Under the pieces are notes generated by a model. That model had not been told where the DNA came from. It searched no databases and worked only from the letters and a program-made list of their open reading frames with translations. Of a DNA stretch of 64,000 nt, positions 61,217-64,000 are shown one piece after another. Where the stretch lies: contig CBDCXV010000010.1 in the NCBI GenBank assembly GCA_965223905.1, forward strand, positions 1,536,001 to 1,600,000. Reading direction: 5' to 3'. Position numbers and translations under genes: made by a program. Source of the stretch: Candidatus Latescibacterota bacterium. GTDB lineage: Bacteria > Latescibacterota > UBA2968 > UBA8231. How positions within the stretch are numbered: position 1 is the stretch's first letter; every line of letters begins with the position of its first letter.

Positions 61217-61630
61217 GTGCTGCTGTCTGTCCTACCGGGCGCAATGGCGGAACGGGGGCGTTCAGGCCCGTCTGCGAACCGGCTGCAGGGTTTCCTGCCG
61301 TGGGGTTTCCGGGTCCTCTTTGCCGGACAATCCACCTGCGAAACCGGCCATAACTCGGAGGCGCTGCGCTATTTGCGCAACGAGGAGGAACTGGGCGGTC
61401 GGCTCGCCAACCGCGGCGACATCTACCTGGCGGCCGGACTCGTCGCCCTGGGGCGGGTGGCGGAGGGGAAGGAGCGGCTGCGCAGCATCTACGGCCAACT
61501 CGTGGCCAACGGCCAGGGCCGGAGTTGGTTCGGCAAGCTCTCCGCCTTTGACGCGATCCGCGGAGACGCGGACATGGTCGAGCTGGTCGATGAGTGGGAA
61601 CGGGCCGAGCGCGTTGGCGCGCCAGCGTGA
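61217..61630 (+). pseudogene. Probable C-terminal fragment of an unknown helical protein
   Basis: Host-like coding pattern from about 61350 to the stop at 61630; no credible start. Confidence 0.35.
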
Positions 61631-61643
61631 GCGCCCCCCCTGC

Positions 61644-62490
61644 TCAGACGACTCCCCACTTCACTCGCCCCAGCTCGCGCGACCGCTCCTGATCGTACGC
61701 CGGATCGACTTCGAATTCGCGATCCAGCCACAACACCTCCCGCTGCTCGGGGCTCAGCGAATCGAGAAGCTCCTGCGTCAGGTAGTCCCCCCAGGTGAAG
61801 CGGTGGTTGTCGATCGTGTGCGGATGGAACAGCCAGTGGCTCATGTACCGGCACTCGCTGGTGCGGTTGAGCCAGGTCGAGTGAAGCAGCCACGCATGGC
61901 GCACGATCATCTGGTGAGGTTCCACCTCCAGGGAAATCTCCTCGTCGAGCTCGACGTCCTCCCAGCCGTCCTCATTAGGCGAAACCGGAGTTCCCCGCTC
62001 GTCCCTGAGCCTGGCGACCTTCTCCTCGAGTGAAGTGCGCGGCCCGGTGTGACTGCCCGGGACGATGCGCAGACACCCGTTCGCGCGCGACGCCCCGGAG
62101 AAGTAATGCATGAACTCCGCCCATCCCCGGACCGTGGTCGATGTGCCACCACACCGAGCGGTTCGGGGCCTGCTCGTTGATTCCCCCGTTGCGCAGGTAG
62201 ATATCGCCGACCCCGTTCAGTTGGCGGCCGAGCTCGATGATTTCCGGGTGCAGGATGATCTTCAGGAACGGCAGGGAGTGATCGAGAGAGCACCAGTACG
62301 AGTCATCCACCTGCGGCCGCAGGTAGAAGTGATTCCTCTTGCCGCCGTCCGCGGGCCCCTCCGATGGATCCTGGGAAGTCTGTTCGACCGCGGCCATGCA
62401 TTCCTCGGTGAGTCTCTCGGGGAACGGACAGTCGAAGATGACGTATCCGTGAGTGCGGTACTGCTCCAGTTGTTGCTCGCTGAATTTCAT
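61644..62490 (-). pseudogene. Phytanoyl-CoA dioxygenase (PhyH) family, one frameshift
   Basis: EQYRTHGY..WHID, then in another frame NGCLRIVPGSH..LLHS; the shift lies in a homopolymer at about 62125-62128. Confidence 0.8.
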
Positions 62491-62612
62491 GCTGGTTTCC
62501 TCACAGGAGAATCCGCTCTCATTGGCCAAACCGAACTCCTGCCTGACGAGTGGCTAAGTTTTCAATCCTTCCCAGGACAGGACCCAGCTCCTCAGCTGGC
62601 GATTATCATTCC

Positions 62613-63612
62613 TTATCTGACGACGACCATTTTGCGCACGTGGACGACCCGCCCGGCCTGCAACCGGTACAAATACACGCCACTTGCGACGGGCTCACCA
62701 CGATGGTCGCGGCCATCCCAGTAGGCGGCATCGGCAGTCGTCAGGTACTGACCCGCCGCCCGGTAGCCCAGATCCATTTCCCGGACCAAAGCCCCCCGAA
62801 CGTCGTAGATGCTCAGGCGAATCAGAGCTGGAACGTGAAGTTGATAGGGGATATAGGTATCTGGGTTAAAGGGATTTGGGAAGTTGGCCAGCAGCACTGT
62901 ATGGGTTGGCACCGGCGGCGAAGCCTGAATCGCAGTCGGACTGGAGGGGGTGAAGTATTGCTTCATATCCCACAACAGAATCGTGTCGTCGCTGCTGCCA
63001 CTGACCAAAGTATGACCATCAGGCGAAAAAGAAGCCGAATAAATCCGGTTCTTATGCCCTTCGAGGTTCCCCCGGGGTTGTCCGTTCACTAAATCCCACA
63101 ACCGAATCTTCTCCCAATTGCTACTTGCCAGGGTGGACCCATCCGGAGAAAGGGACACGGAATGGATTTCGCCATTCATGATCTGCGAGGGTCGTCTTGA
63201 GTTTGCCGCTGACCACATCCCACAATTGGATATTCCCTATTTCACTGACACGAGCCAAGGTGAACCCATCAGGCGAAAAGGACAAAGAATTTAAAAACTC
63301 CCTGTAATATCCATTTACGAGTCTTGGGATGTCATCTGGGGGTGGGCTGATTGGGTCCGTGTGTGCTTCTGCGAGCAAGGCAATTTCGCTGCCGGTTTCA
63401 GCATCGTATAGCCAGACACCGACGCCACTGTTCACTGCCAGCAGCGTGCCATCGGGCGAATACAAAATTTGACCGATCCGGCCTTTACCCAAGCGGGCGA
63501 GGGAACCTTCTGGCAAACCCCATCGGGTATATTTCTGGGCGAAGCTATCCTGCGTGAACAAGACATAGACAAAAACCAGAGCGGCATTGAACAACCAAGG
63601 CTTTTTTTTCAT
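62613..63612 (-). pseudogene. Secreted WD40-repeat protein with FlgD-Ig/T9SS-like CTD, one frameshift
   Basis: Signal peptide, WGLPEG..RLGKG, YSPDG/FSPDG..LWD repeats, NFPNPFNP..ASGVY; frame change near 63178. Confidence 0.8.
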
Positions 63613-63792
63613 CTGCACGCTCCATTTGGGGAACATGGCAACATCGCAGAAAAACCGTTGCTGATTGACTGGGCGTCTTAAGTAATTGTTATAGCGCAAT
63701 TCAGGTGCGTATGTGTATATTTTACAGTAAGTTGCTTTCTTTTTCCGCATCCCCTGCGGCGCGCTCCCCTGATTTCAGAAAGAAGGGGAGCG

Positions 63793-64000
63793 ATGAGTGC
63801 GATTCTCTCTCTGGAAGTTTTTCAGGAGCGGCAGAGTCAGGACCGCTTTCGAAGCCGGGCGCATGAAGCCTTGGACCAATGGCTGGATCGGGTGGAGACG
63901 CAAATGAGCGAGCGCGGATCTTGTGCGCCGACGTTGATGGAGATCACCGCGGCGATGTCTCAAGAGCGCTCCGGGCTCACCGCGGCCTTGGTGGAAGCCT
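63793..64000 (+). mobile_element. 5' part of a probable IS (ISKra4-like) transposase ORF, runs off the window
   Basis: RBS AAGGGGAG, then MSAILSLEVFQERQ..HEALDQWLDRVE..PTLMEIT..LTAALVE; recalled resemblance to ISKra4-type N-termini, with no catalytic domain visible. Confidence 0.4.

Overview
High-GC bacterial chromosome segment. The PorV-like gene, FlgD-Ig/T9SS-type C-terminal domains, a DUF6785-like membrane protein and a WD40 protein suggest an FCB-group lineage such as Latescibacterota or Gemmatimonadota, possibly a marine host-associated one (inference). The left half (about 1.7-32 kb) is mostly intact housekeeping genes: lnt, radC, sodN, pcm, gatA, tatA, pssA/psd, htrA, truA, ecfT, a xerD-like gene, uvrC, ndk-yceD-rpmF-fabHDG-acpP-fabF-rnc, oppDF and a ppiD-like gene. 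The right half (about 32-64 kb) is an accessory mosaic. It carries sugar/acid catabolic enzymes, three toxin-antitoxin loci (hicBA with a frameshifted toxin, AbrB-PIN bracketed by a 125-bp direct repeat, and a decayed MNT-HepT), two AAA-ATPase/DUF4143 nuclease genes that each have their own upstream repeat/operator array, several frameshifted or truncated genes, and the start of a probable IS transposase. No rRNA, tRNA or CRISPR array was seen. All family assignments come from motif recognition by eye, not from database searches.
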